Positions 17,067 through 24,393 of a stretch of DNA of 49,638 nucleotides are shown piece after piece (the first letter of the stretch is position 1; each line of letters starts with the position of its first letter). The notes beneath the pieces are model-generated. The model did no database searches and was not told where the DNA came from. It saw nothing but the letters and a program-made list of their open reading frames with translations. The stretch is from Clostridia bacterium (lineage in GTDB: Bacteria; Bacillota; Clostridia; DUPQ01): contig JAFGUQ010000002.1 of NCBI GenBank assembly GCA_016938455.1, positions 1-49,638 of the forward strand, given 5' to 3'. Both the position numbers and the translations under genes were made by a program.

Positions 17067-17095
17067 ATCATATTTCTTTTAAAAATCGGTGTCAA
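17067..17095 (-). promoter_or_regulatory. Sigma-A-type promoter for the HD-RyR gene (TTGACA-17 nt-TATGAT on the minus strand)
   Basis: The plus strand reads atcata (17067-17072) ... tgtcaa (17090-17095), which is the reverse complement of TTGACA-N17-TATGAT. It lies ~85 nt upstream of the start codon. Confidence 0.5.
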
Positions 17096-17117
17096 GTAAT
17101 GAGAGATAATTATAATC

Positions 17118-17975
17118 TTAATGGTGCTCCATATGTCCTTCGCCATGTTTTCTATGAGAATGCAGCCATTTTCTTAACCCTATCTTAAATAACCAGATAA
17201 TAAAGTAAACCAGTGTACTGAAAAGTATGATACAGGCTCCAGATGGAATATTGATGTAATAAGATAAGGTGATTCCTGCAAAACATAGTATGATACTGGT
17301 CACAATGGTAGAAAAGACCACTTGTTTAAGTGATTTAAAAAGCATCTTTGAAATGGAGACAGGAATGGTCATCAATGCAATGGTTAATATGATCCCTACG
17401 ATTTTAATCAGTACAATGATTCCCATGGGTATCATGATATAGGTGAGTGTTTCAAGCACATTGGTTTTCATCCCGGTTGATTTAGCATATTCCTCATCAA
17501 ACAGGTAGAGCATGAAAGCATTGAAAAACATGATGAACAAGAAGGTGATGATGACTGTGAAAACAGCCATATAAATCAGTGAACTGTTTGATACCGATAA
17601 GATATCTCCAAACAGGTAACTGGTCATATCAGGCATATATCCAGGCGAAAGAGCAATGAACAATATGCCAAGTGCCATCCCGAAAGACCATAGAATACCG
17701 GTTAATGTATCTGCTTTGATTTTTCCGTTTTTTGATATCTTTGAAATAACCAGCGAAGATCCGACAGCAAAAACCAATCCTCCCCAAATGGGTTCAAAAT
17801 TAAGAAGATAACCGAGACCTATCCCCCCGAAAGAAGCGTGCGCAATTCCTCCGGACATGCTGACCAGTTTCTTTTCCATGACAATGGTGCCTATGACCCC
17901 GGCAACGATACTTGCCAGTATCGCTGCAAAAATCGCATTCTGCATGAATGTATATTTTAACACTGCCTGTATCAT
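17118..17975 (-). CDS. Metal (Zn/Mn-type) ABC transporter permease, with a His-rich C-terminal tail
   Basis: 285 aa and polytopic (about 8-9 TM), with ZnuB/TroC/MntC-like composition. Its start overlaps the ATPase stop (ATGA overlap at 17972-17975). The tail is HSHRKHGEGHMEHH. Confidence 0.8.
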   Translation of the reverse strand: MIQAVLKYTFMQNAIFAAILASIVAGVIGTIVMEKKLVSMSGGIAHASFGGIGLGYLLNFEPIWGGLVFAVGSSLVISKISKNGKIKADTLTGILWSFGMALGILFIALSPGYMPDMTSYLFGDILSVSNSSLIYMAVFTVIITFLFIMFFNAFMLYLFDEEYAKSTGMKTNVLETLTYIMIPMGIIVLIKIVGIILTIALMTIPVSISKMLFKSLKQVVFSTIVTSIILCFAGITLSYYINIPSGACIILFSTLVYFIIWLFKIGLRKWLHSHRKHGEGHMEHH

Positions 17976-18661
17976 AAACCGAATATACCATCCTTTAATA
18001 ATATTTCTTTAAGTTCTTTTGGATTATCATAGAGTTTGGCTGTCCCTCTTATATATAGTGCACTATCTGCAAACTCTAAAACATCTGCAATTCTATGACT
18101 GACAATAATGATTGTCTTATCCTTTTTCAATCTGCTGATAATCTCATATAGGTCTCTTGTTGTATTGATGTCAAGACTTTCATCTGGTTCATCAAGGACA
18201 AGGATATCCGCCTTTGAAGCAAGTGCTCTGGCAATCAGCGTTCTTTTCAGTTGTCCTAAAGATAGCTGACTTATTTCTCTTTGTTCAAGTCCTTGAAGTG
18301 ACAGTTCCTGAATCGCTTCATCTGCAGTCTGCTTATCTTTTTTGCTGTAATATTTAAAAGGGGCTATTTTGTTACTTTGTGTTCCCATCAATACCAGTTC
18401 TCTGACTGTGGCTGGAAAGGAAGTGTCAAAGGGTACCACCTGAGGTACATAACCAATCACGGCATTCTCCCAAAGCTTTATTTTACCTAAACTCGGTTTC
18501 AACAATCCAACCAACAGTTTGACAAGTGTACTCTTACCACCTCCGTTAGGTCCTACAAAGGCGGTGATTCCATTCTTCTTTATGTCAAAATTTGCGTTAT
18601 TGATGGCACATACTTCTCCATAACAAAATCTGATATTTTCAAATGTTATTTTTTCAGTCAT
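17972..18661 (-). CDS. Metal ABC transporter ATP-binding protein
   Basis: 229 aa with Walker A GPNGGGKST, the ABC signature LSLGQLKR and Walker B ILVLDEP. Confidence 0.9.
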   Translation of the reverse strand: MTEKITFENIRFCYGEVCAINNANFDIKKNGITAFVGPNGGGKSTLVKLLVGLLKPSLGKIKLWENAVIGYVPQVVPFDTSFPATVRELVLMGTQSNKIAPFKYYSKKDKQTADEAIQELSLQGLEQREISQLSLGQLKRTLIARALASKADILVLDEPDESLDINTTRDLYEIISRLKKDKTIIIVSHRIADVLEFADSALYIRGTAKLYDNPKELKEILLKDGIFGL

Positions 18662-18672
18662 TCCTTGTATCC

Positions 18673-19548
18673 TTATTCTTTCAGTGCATTGGCAAATTCC
18701 AGCAGGCTATTGATATAGTCAAAAGACAGTGGTGCTACTTTGACAACATTTCCATTTATCTCACTGGCGACTGTCTTTGCCTGTAAATCATCAAATTCTT
18801 CCTGATAAAACACTTTTTTTATCCCGCTTGATTTGGCAAGGTCAATCACCTGCTGCATTTCTGCTGCGGTTGCTTTTTTACCTGCGATTTCGATGGCAAT
18901 CATAGTCAGCTGATAATCATCTGCAAAATAGGCATATGACCCATGATAAATCAAAAAAGTCCTGTTCTCCAATTTACTGGTAATATCAGCAATCTGAGCA
19001 TCAAGGTTTTCAAGTTCTTTGATATAGCTCTTTGCATTATTCAGATAAATATCTTCATTACCTTGATCCAATGCAGACAGCTGATTTGCAATTTCCTGTA
19101 CCATGACAATGGCTCTTTTAGGGGATAACCATAAATGCGGGTCAACACCATCTGCGCTTTCATGATCCGGATCAGATGAAGTAACCAGTGGGTAAACCAA
19201 CCTGCTTTTATCCCTTAAATTCACTATGATAATATCACTGTTAAAATCAGTGATTTTAGGTAATATATTCGCTTCCTCAGTTGGCATCTGCATGGTGAAA
19301 TATATTTTAGCATCAGAAAGCTTTGCCATTTCCTTGGCTGAAGGCTGGTAATTTGCAGGACTGTTTCCAGGTGGAATAAGTGTAACCACTTCCACTAAAT
19401 CACCTGCCACTTTTTCAACAAATGCTGCTTCGGGGACTATCCCCACAGCAATGATTATCTTATCACTTGCCTGGTTATCTGTCAGTGCACAGGAAACATT
19501 CAGGATGAGTGCTAAAATGATAATTAATATGATTATTGTTTTTTTCAA
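18673..19548 (-). CDS. Metal ABC transporter substrate-binding lipoprotein (cluster A-I, ZnuA/AdcA/MntA-like)
   Basis: 291 aa with a signal peptide and lipobox-like ..LNVSC.., plus the ..DPHLWLSP.. motif characteristic of this SBP family. Confidence 0.8.
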   Translation of the reverse strand: MKKTIIILIIILALILNVSCALTDNQASDKIIIAVGIVPEAAFVEKVAGDLVEVVTLIPPGNSPANYQPSAKEMAKLSDAKIYFTMQMPTEEANILPKITDFNSDIIIVNLRDKSRLVYPLVTSSDPDHESADGVDPHLWLSPKRAIVMVQEIANQLSALDQGNEDIYLNNAKSYIKELENLDAQIADITSKLENRTFLIYHGSYAYFADDYQLTMIAIEIAGKKATAAEMQQVIDLAKSSGIKKVFYQEEFDDLQAKTVASEINGNVVKVAPLSFDYINSLLEFANALKE

Positions 19549-19780
19549 AGAATTCTCCTAAGTCATTTTATTTTCTTTTTTATCATACCCATATTTTATC
19601 ATAATTATTGTTTTTAGGTTATTTTTCTTGCTAAAATCCGAATATTACTAACTTTTAAGATTGAAATCTAATAGAATGGTTCAAGAATCCTTACAACCTT
19701 TGTTTAAACTATACTTCATGGATGATATTTTATTTGTCTGTTAGACTGTTTTTATATCTAGAAAAAATTTTTAGTATTGC

Positions 19781-19803
19781 AATACCCTATTCAATAGGGT
19801 ATT
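19781..19803. promoter_or_regulatory. Perfect 11-bp inverted repeat (AATACCCTATT-c-AATAGGGTATT), a candidate operator of the toxin-antitoxin module
   Basis: Read directly from the sequence. It lies 18 nt upstream of the TTG start, and an AGGAG RBS sits at 19811-19815. Confidence 0.5.
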
Positions 19804-19820
19804 ATGGAATAGGAGTACAG

Positions 19821-20465
19821 TTGAATAGAGAATTTATTGAATTACCTGAATTTGTGACTGCATGGGAAAAAGCAGGTTTATCAGAGGAAAACCTTAGTAA
19901 TCTTGAATGCTATTTATGCCAAAATCCTGAGGCAGGAAACCTTATTCAAGGAACAGGTGGATTGAGAAAACTACGATGGAGAATTGATAATAACGGAAAA
20001 CGTGGTGGTACTAGAACTTTATATGTTGATTTTGCTTTCTATGAGAAAATATACTTGATAACAATATATACTAAGAATAAAAAGGTATCTTTAACAGAAA
20101 AAGAAAAGACAGAACTGAGGATTTTAATTAACCTATTAAAGAAGGAGTTGAAAAAAATGAGTAATTACAACAGTATTGTAAAAGGCCTTCAAGAAGCAAT
20201 AGAGTATGAGAAAGGGAATTTAAAAGTTCGTACAAGGGTTCTTGAAATTCTGCCTGTTGATAAATTTGAAAAAACTGACATTAAGAACATCAGAAAATCA
20301 TTAGACTTATCCCAGAAAACATTTTCCTGTTTAATGGGTGTATCAATAAAAACTATAGAAGCATGGGAATCTGGTGAAAATATTCCAGGCGGTCCAGCAC
20401 AGCGAATGCTGAATCTGTTAAGAGATGATGCATCAATCGTTGATAAATTCGTAAGATTTAAATAA
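19821..20465 (+). CDS. RelE/HigB-2-type toxin (PF06296-like) fused in frame to a COG2944/XRE-type HTH antitoxin
   Basis: The ORF track opens at 19722. The plausible start is TTG 19821 after AGGAG (19811-19815). The toxin part reads ..GTGGLRKLRWRIDNNGKRGGTRTLYVDF...IYLITIYTKNKKVSLTEKEK... The antitoxin part reads ..IKNIRKSLDLSQKTFSCLMGVSIKTIEAWESGENIPGGPAQRMLNLL... No stop codon separates them (..KKELKK-MSNYNS..). Confidence 0.65.
   Translation: MNREFIELPEFVTAWEKAGLSEENLSNLECYLCQNPEAGNLIQGTGGLRKLRWRIDNNGKRGGTRTLYVDFAFYEKIYLITIYTKNKKVSLTEKEKTELRILINLLKKELKKMSNYNSIVKGLQEAIEYEKGNLKVRTRVLEILPVDKFEKTDIKNIRKSLDLSQKTFSCLMGVSIKTIEAWESGENIPGGPAQRMLNLLRDDASIVDKFVRFK
20157..20465 (+). CDS. HTH (XRE/COG2944) antitoxin, possible independent translation from an internal start
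   Basis: The ATG at 20157-20159 is preceded by GAAGGAG (20141-20147), a good RBS at 9 nt spacing. It is in the same frame as the toxin because of an A7 run (20151-20157). Confidence 0.5.
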   Translation: MSNYNSIVKGLQEAIEYEKGNLKVRTRVLEILPVDKFEKTDIKNIRKSLDLSQKTFSCLMGVSIKTIEAWESGENIPGGPAQRMLNLLRDDASIVDKFVRFK

Positions 20466-20519
20466 TTTATGATAGATTACAAATATATAAAAAGAAACAG
20501 CTTAATAAGTGCATGCATA

Positions 20520-20548
20520 TTTACATGCAAATTGTAATGTGCTATACT
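20520..20548 (+). promoter_or_regulatory. Sigma-A-type promoter for the phd/relE-type pair (TTTACA-17 nt-TATACT)
   Basis: TTTACA is at 20520-20525 and TATACT at 20543-20548, with a 17-nt spacer. A short inverted repeat TTACA..TGTAA lies inside the spacer. The RBS AAGAGG precedes the ATG at 20569. Confidence 0.5.
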
Positions 20549-20568
20549 TCTCTAAAGAGGTGTGAAAA

Positions 20569-20910
20569 ATGATTACTAAAGATATTAATTTTAAAAGTGT
20601 ATTAGACAAATTTATTTCAGTTTCTGATTTAGGTAGAGGACAAGCATCGAAGGTTATTCAAAGTGTGGATGATCATAAGAATCAGTTTATAGTCATCAAA
20701 AACAATAAACCTGCAGCCATCATAATGTCAATTGAAGAATATAAAGAGCTAATGGAAGCTAAGGAAAATTTGGAACTACTGTTAATTGCAGCAAAAAGAA
20801 CATCGGGCTTAAAAAATGATGAAATGATTGAGTTTGATGAAGTATTGAATGAATTAGGAGTCTCTAAAGAGGAGCTTGAGAAAAACAAAGATAGTGTGGA
20901 AATTGATTGA
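20569..20910 (+). CDS. Phd/YefM-family antitoxin
   Basis: 113 aa. ..ISVSDLGRGQASKVIQSV...QFIVIKNNKPAAIIMSIEEYKELMEAKENLELL.. is the typical Phd/YefM N-terminal fold. Its stop overlaps the toxin start (TGATG). Confidence 0.8.
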   Translation: MITKDINFKSVLDKFISVSDLGRGQASKVIQSVDDHKNQFIVIKNNKPAAIIMSIEEYKELMEAKENLELLLIAAKRTSGLKNDEMIEFDEVLNELGVSKEELEKNKDSVEID

Positions 20911-21248
20911 TGTGGAAAATTCTGTTTATTCCTGAAGCCATGAAAGATTTAAAACATATGGATAATAATATTAAACACCAGGTTTTAACTGGAATAAATA
21001 AAGTTGGTAAGAACCCTCTACCAAAGAGAGAGGGAGGATATGGCAATCCTCTTGGCAATATTAAAGGACATGATTTAACAGGGTTTTTCAAGATAAAGTA
21101 TCAAGGAATTGGGATTAGAGTTGTTTATGCTTTAAAGAGAAGTGAAATGAAAATGATAATCATCGTTATTTCAGCAAGAGCTAATGATCAAAGTTATAAA
21201 GAAGCACAAAAAAGAAATTTAAAATATATGTCTGATTTTAAAGTATAA
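20910..21248 (+). CDS. RelE/StbE/ParE-superfamily toxin
   Basis: The ATG at 20910 overlaps the antitoxin TGA. The product, MWKILFIPEAMKDLKHMDNNIKHQVLTGINKV....GNPLGNIKGHDLTGFFKIKYQGIGIRVVYAL....MIIIVISAR, follows the RelE-like pattern. Confidence 0.75.
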   Translation: MWKILFIPEAMKDLKHMDNNIKHQVLTGINKVGKNPLPKREGGYGNPLGNIKGHDLTGFFKIKYQGIGIRVVYALKRSEMKMIIIVISARANDQSYKEAQKRNLKYMSDFKV

Positions 21249-21270
21249 TTTTTTATTATATAATTGAGCT

Positions 21271-21310
21271 AAAAAAAAAGCGGCAAACATCATGTTTGCC
21301 GCCTGTTTAT
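21271..21310. terminator. Bidirectional intrinsic terminator between convergent genes
   Basis: A9 run, then stem GCGGCAAAC / GTTTGCCGC (21280-21302) with loop atcat, followed by ctgtttatt. Confidence 0.75.
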
Positions 21311-21323
21311 TGTATCTTATCTT

Positions 21324-22355
21324 TTAGAATTTAATGGTTTCCCCTGTTTCTGCTGATTTAACGCAGTTTGCAATGATTTCAAGTGCTTTATAGCCTTCAT
21401 ATCCATCAATCAATACCTTGGTGTCATTTAGTATGCTGTCTACCAGCAGATCAACAACACCTGATGTCACCTGCTTGTCATTGGTGGAAATCGTACCAAT
21501 CTTTATCGTTGTTTCAGAACCGTCAGCATATTTGATCTTTATCGGTGCTTCAGGATCTCTGAATAACCATAATGCTCCTTTTTCACAATTGAATATCGTC
21601 GCATTGCTTTCACCGCCGTAATAAGTCCATGATACAGCCAGTGTTCCTACGATTCCTGATTCACTTTGCAGTATGCAGACTGCATTGTCGTCAATGTTGA
21701 TATAGTCTCCGCTCTTATATTTTTTATCTCTCACTGAAACAAAAGAACTGACTTTGACAAATTCTTCTCCCACCAGCCATCTGACTAAATCTGCTTTATG
21801 TACTCCAAGGTCACCCATGGCACCGAAAATGGCTTCTTCTTTATTAAAGAACCAGGTGCTAGGACTTTTTGCGATTGACCATCTTTCTGCGCCTCTATGG
21901 CCGAAAACGGTCTGGAATGTGAGTATTTTGCCAAGCTCCTTGCTGTCTAAGATCTGCTTTGCTTTGATGTGAGCAGGAATCAATCGTTGATTCTGACCGA
22001 TCATAAGTTTCCTGTCATTCTTTTTGGCCGCTTCAATCATCTCTTTTGCTTCTTCAAGGTTGGCAGCCATAGGTTTTTCGCATAGAACATGCTTTCCAGC
22101 ATTTAATGCTGCAATTGAATATGGTCCATGATATTTATTCGGTGTGGCGACAATAATGATATCAAGATTGTCATCATTAATCAGCTCATCGACGGTTTCA
22201 TAAATTTTGCCGCTGTATTTCTCAACGATTGCCTTAGCATGGGCAGTAATGGGATCATACACTCCATACAATGTCAGATTTTCATTCTGAAACACTTCCG
22301 GTGCATGTCTATGCACTGTAATTGAACCGCATCCGATAATTCCTACATTCAACAT
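21324..22355 (-). CDS. Gfo/Idh/MocA-family NAD(P)-dependent oxidoreductase
   Basis: 343 aa with the N-terminal MLNVGIIGCGSI Rossmann segment and the ..HVLCEKPMA.. EKP motif. Confidence 0.85.
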   Translation of the reverse strand: MLNVGIIGCGSITVHRHAPEVFQNENLTLYGVYDPITAHAKAIVEKYSGKIYETVDELINDDNLDIIIVATPNKYHGPYSIAALNAGKHVLCEKPMAANLEEAKEMIEAAKKNDRKLMIGQNQRLIPAHIKAKQILDSKELGKILTFQTVFGHRGAERWSIAKSPSTWFFNKEEAIFGAMGDLGVHKADLVRWLVGEEFVKVSSFVSVRDKKYKSGDYINIDDNAVCILQSESGIVGTLAVSWTYYGGESNATIFNCEKGALWLFRDPEAPIKIKYADGSETTIKIGTISTNDKQVTSGVVDLLVDSILNDTKVLIDGYEGYKALEIIANCVKSAETGETIKF

Positions 22356-22366
22356 AATAATCCTCC

Positions 22367-24385
22367 TTATTCTATAACCAGCACTTCGTAGTCTGAAAGT
22401 TCATCTATTTTGATTTTCACCCCTTCCAGGGTGTTTATAAACTCCATGTCTTTTCCTGTGTAAATTCCCTTGACTGTTTTTGCTTTCATTCCTGTAACAG
22501 TCACATGAATGTCATGTACATTGATGGTTTCTTCCATCGGTCTTCCCGGACCTCTGGTCATGTTGACGATATGAAGTATTTTTCTATCACTGCCTTCTTG
22601 TTTTCTCAGGCTCATCTCAACACTTTGAGGCGCATCTGTATCTACGGTCCTTACTGCCATCTTATCAAGCTGCCGTTGCGTCCATGCTCTTAAATTTGGG
22701 TTACACCACTTAAAGTAGGTTTCAGACATGGTGGATGAGATATACACAACCTGTCCTTTACCAAAGTGATGTTTTACCATACAGGGGTAAAACTCTTCAG
22801 GGTAAGCCACATATCTTCCCGGCATTTCATAAGATACTTTACCGAGGACTTCTGTATCATCATTGACATCAATGACCCATGAGCTTCCGCTATGCGGAAA
22901 CACTTTTTCTTCAATTTCCTCCTGGAATTCACCATATGCCACACCGACATCTGAATAAGTCACGAGTTTTTCTCTCCTAATTCCAAACAGGTCATCCAGG
23001 ATGCCTTTCTCTCTTTTATTTCCCAGTTCATCATAAACGCCTGTGTCAAATGTCGCGATGATATTCCCGCCTTTATTGACATATTCTTTTACTATCAATG
23101 CTTCAGCTTCACTCATGCAGGCATAGGTGGGAAGAATCAGGCACTGATAATTAAATATTCTCTTATCATAAATGCAATCCTGGTCTATGATGTCAAACTG
23201 ATTATGTTCTCTTTGAAGAATGTCAACAAACCCGAGTAATGCATCATGGTGGTTTCCTTTTTTATCATCACTCCCTATTTCCTGCTTTTCAGTGAAATCT
23301 GTCTTTACGACACTTGATGCATAATAATTAGCAGTAGCATCTGACCATAACAGCCCAATGTTGCTGTCACTCTTTGTTTTAATGAAATATTCTTCATTGG
23401 CAAGAACAAACTGATTCAATCGGTTGACAGCTCTTCCCGCTTCAGATTTCATCAGTTTGGTCGGGCCATGGATACCATACCAGATATTGGCACCTTGTGC
23501 TAAGGATAACTGATACAGTCTTTTTGTTTCATCACCGGTATACATGAAGTATGAGTATGGTTTTGCATCTCCTGCAATAAAGATGACATATGGTTTCCCG
23601 TTGGCTTTTGTCTCAATATATTTGGCATGAGAAGTGGTTCTTGTGTAATCAAAGTCTTTATTGATCCAGCAGAACCCCCCTTCTGTTCCTAAAAAGTCAA
23701 CATATGGGTAGACACTGGTCGTATTGCTTCCTGTCACATCTGCTCTTAAGGCAGAATTGTTTATATACAGCATGATATCACTGTTAATCGCATTTTTTGT
23801 CTCAAAAGTATTCTTAATCATCTCTGTGACAGAATCTCTTCTGAAAGCAAGGAACTCACTGTACTCTGATTTGAATATCTCTTTATGGTATTGATTCTTG
23901 AACTTTTCCTGACAGTACTCACAGTAACAGCCATTCTGCATGAAAACAGGCCCATCCAGGAACAGTCCGTCTAATGGGTGCTGACAAAGTTTTTCAAGAT
24001 TTTTCTCATAAGTTTCCCGCCATGGGGAATTAATGCAGATGATATATTGGTTTCCATAAGCTCTGATAGGATTGCCCTTTTTATCAAGCTGTTTCCACTC
24101 CGGATGCAATAAAATGGTTTCCTCATAAACACAGTGAACATTCCAGTATAGAATTTCTCTCAGATTGTTTTTCTTTGCTTCCTTAAGGTATCTGTCCAGT
24201 TTTTCTCCGTCACGGTCTTCAACATAGGAAGAGACATGGCCGGTAGCATTGACATGTAAAAGCTGTTCGCCTGTGAAATGGTTCTTGACGACATGGTTTT
24301 TCATGATGTCAAAACTGTCTTCACCATAATTACATTGAACAGCAGAAAGCAGGATGGGTTTTTCATACCATTTTAAATTTTTCAT
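22367..24385 (-). CDS. GH42-like / GHL6-type putative glycosidase (TIM barrel + beta-galactosidase-trimerisation-like domain), cytoplasmic
   Basis: 672 aa with no signal peptide. The Cys cluster ..ICINSPW..(36 aa from the first Cys of ICINSPW to the first Cys of GCYCEYC)..GCYCEYC.. resembles the GH42 zinc site. ..CLILPTYACMSEAEALIVKEYVNKGGNIIATFDTG.. resembles the GH42 middle (class I GATase-like) domain. Confidence 0.4.
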   Translation of the reverse strand: MKNLKWYEKPILLSAVQCNYGEDSFDIMKNHVVKNHFTGEQLLHVNATGHVSSYVEDRDGEKLDRYLKEAKKNNLREILYWNVHCVYEETILLHPEWKQLDKKGNPIRAYGNQYIICINSPWRETYEKNLEKLCQHPLDGLFLDGPVFMQNGCYCEYCQEKFKNQYHKEIFKSEYSEFLAFRRDSVTEMIKNTFETKNAINSDIMLYINNSALRADVTGSNTTSVYPYVDFLGTEGGFCWINKDFDYTRTTSHAKYIETKANGKPYVIFIAGDAKPYSYFMYTGDETKRLYQLSLAQGANIWYGIHGPTKLMKSEAGRAVNRLNQFVLANEEYFIKTKSDSNIGLLWSDATANYYASSVVKTDFTEKQEIGSDDKKGNHHDALLGFVDILQREHNQFDIIDQDCIYDKRIFNYQCLILPTYACMSEAEALIVKEYVNKGGNIIATFDTGVYDELGNKREKGILDDLFGIRREKLVTYSDVGVAYGEFQEEIEEKVFPHSGSSWVIDVNDDTEVLGKVSYEMPGRYVAYPEEFYPCMVKHHFGKGQVVYISSTMSETYFKWCNPNLRAWTQRQLDKMAVRTVDTDAPQSVEMSLRKQEGSDRKILHIVNMTRGPGRPMEETINVHDIHVTVTGMKAKTVKGIYTGKDMEFINTLEGVKIKIDELSDYEVLVIE

Positions 24386-24393
24386 ACATTCAC

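Noticed and set aside
17800-17991. 63-aa ORF overlapping the permease/ATPase junction, and other 60-90 aa ORFs nested in larger genes (for example 12512-12709, 34079-34294, 34984-35322, 28718-28981, 48147-48365)
   Set aside because: These are alternative frames of confidently assigned genes, or they span gene junctions. They have no RBS or motif support.
19598-19612. Zur-box-like sequence ATCATAATTATTGTT upstream of the metal SBP gene
   Set aside because: The left half resembles the Firmicute Zur half-site (TCGTAAT) but the right half is degenerate. It is not a convincing palindrome without a position-weight-matrix scan.
19700-21310. Mobile element borders around the TA islet
   Set aside because: I saw no integrase, transposase or recombinase gene, no tRNA target, and no flanking direct or inverted repeats. 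It is therefore reported only as an accessory islet, not as a mobile element.
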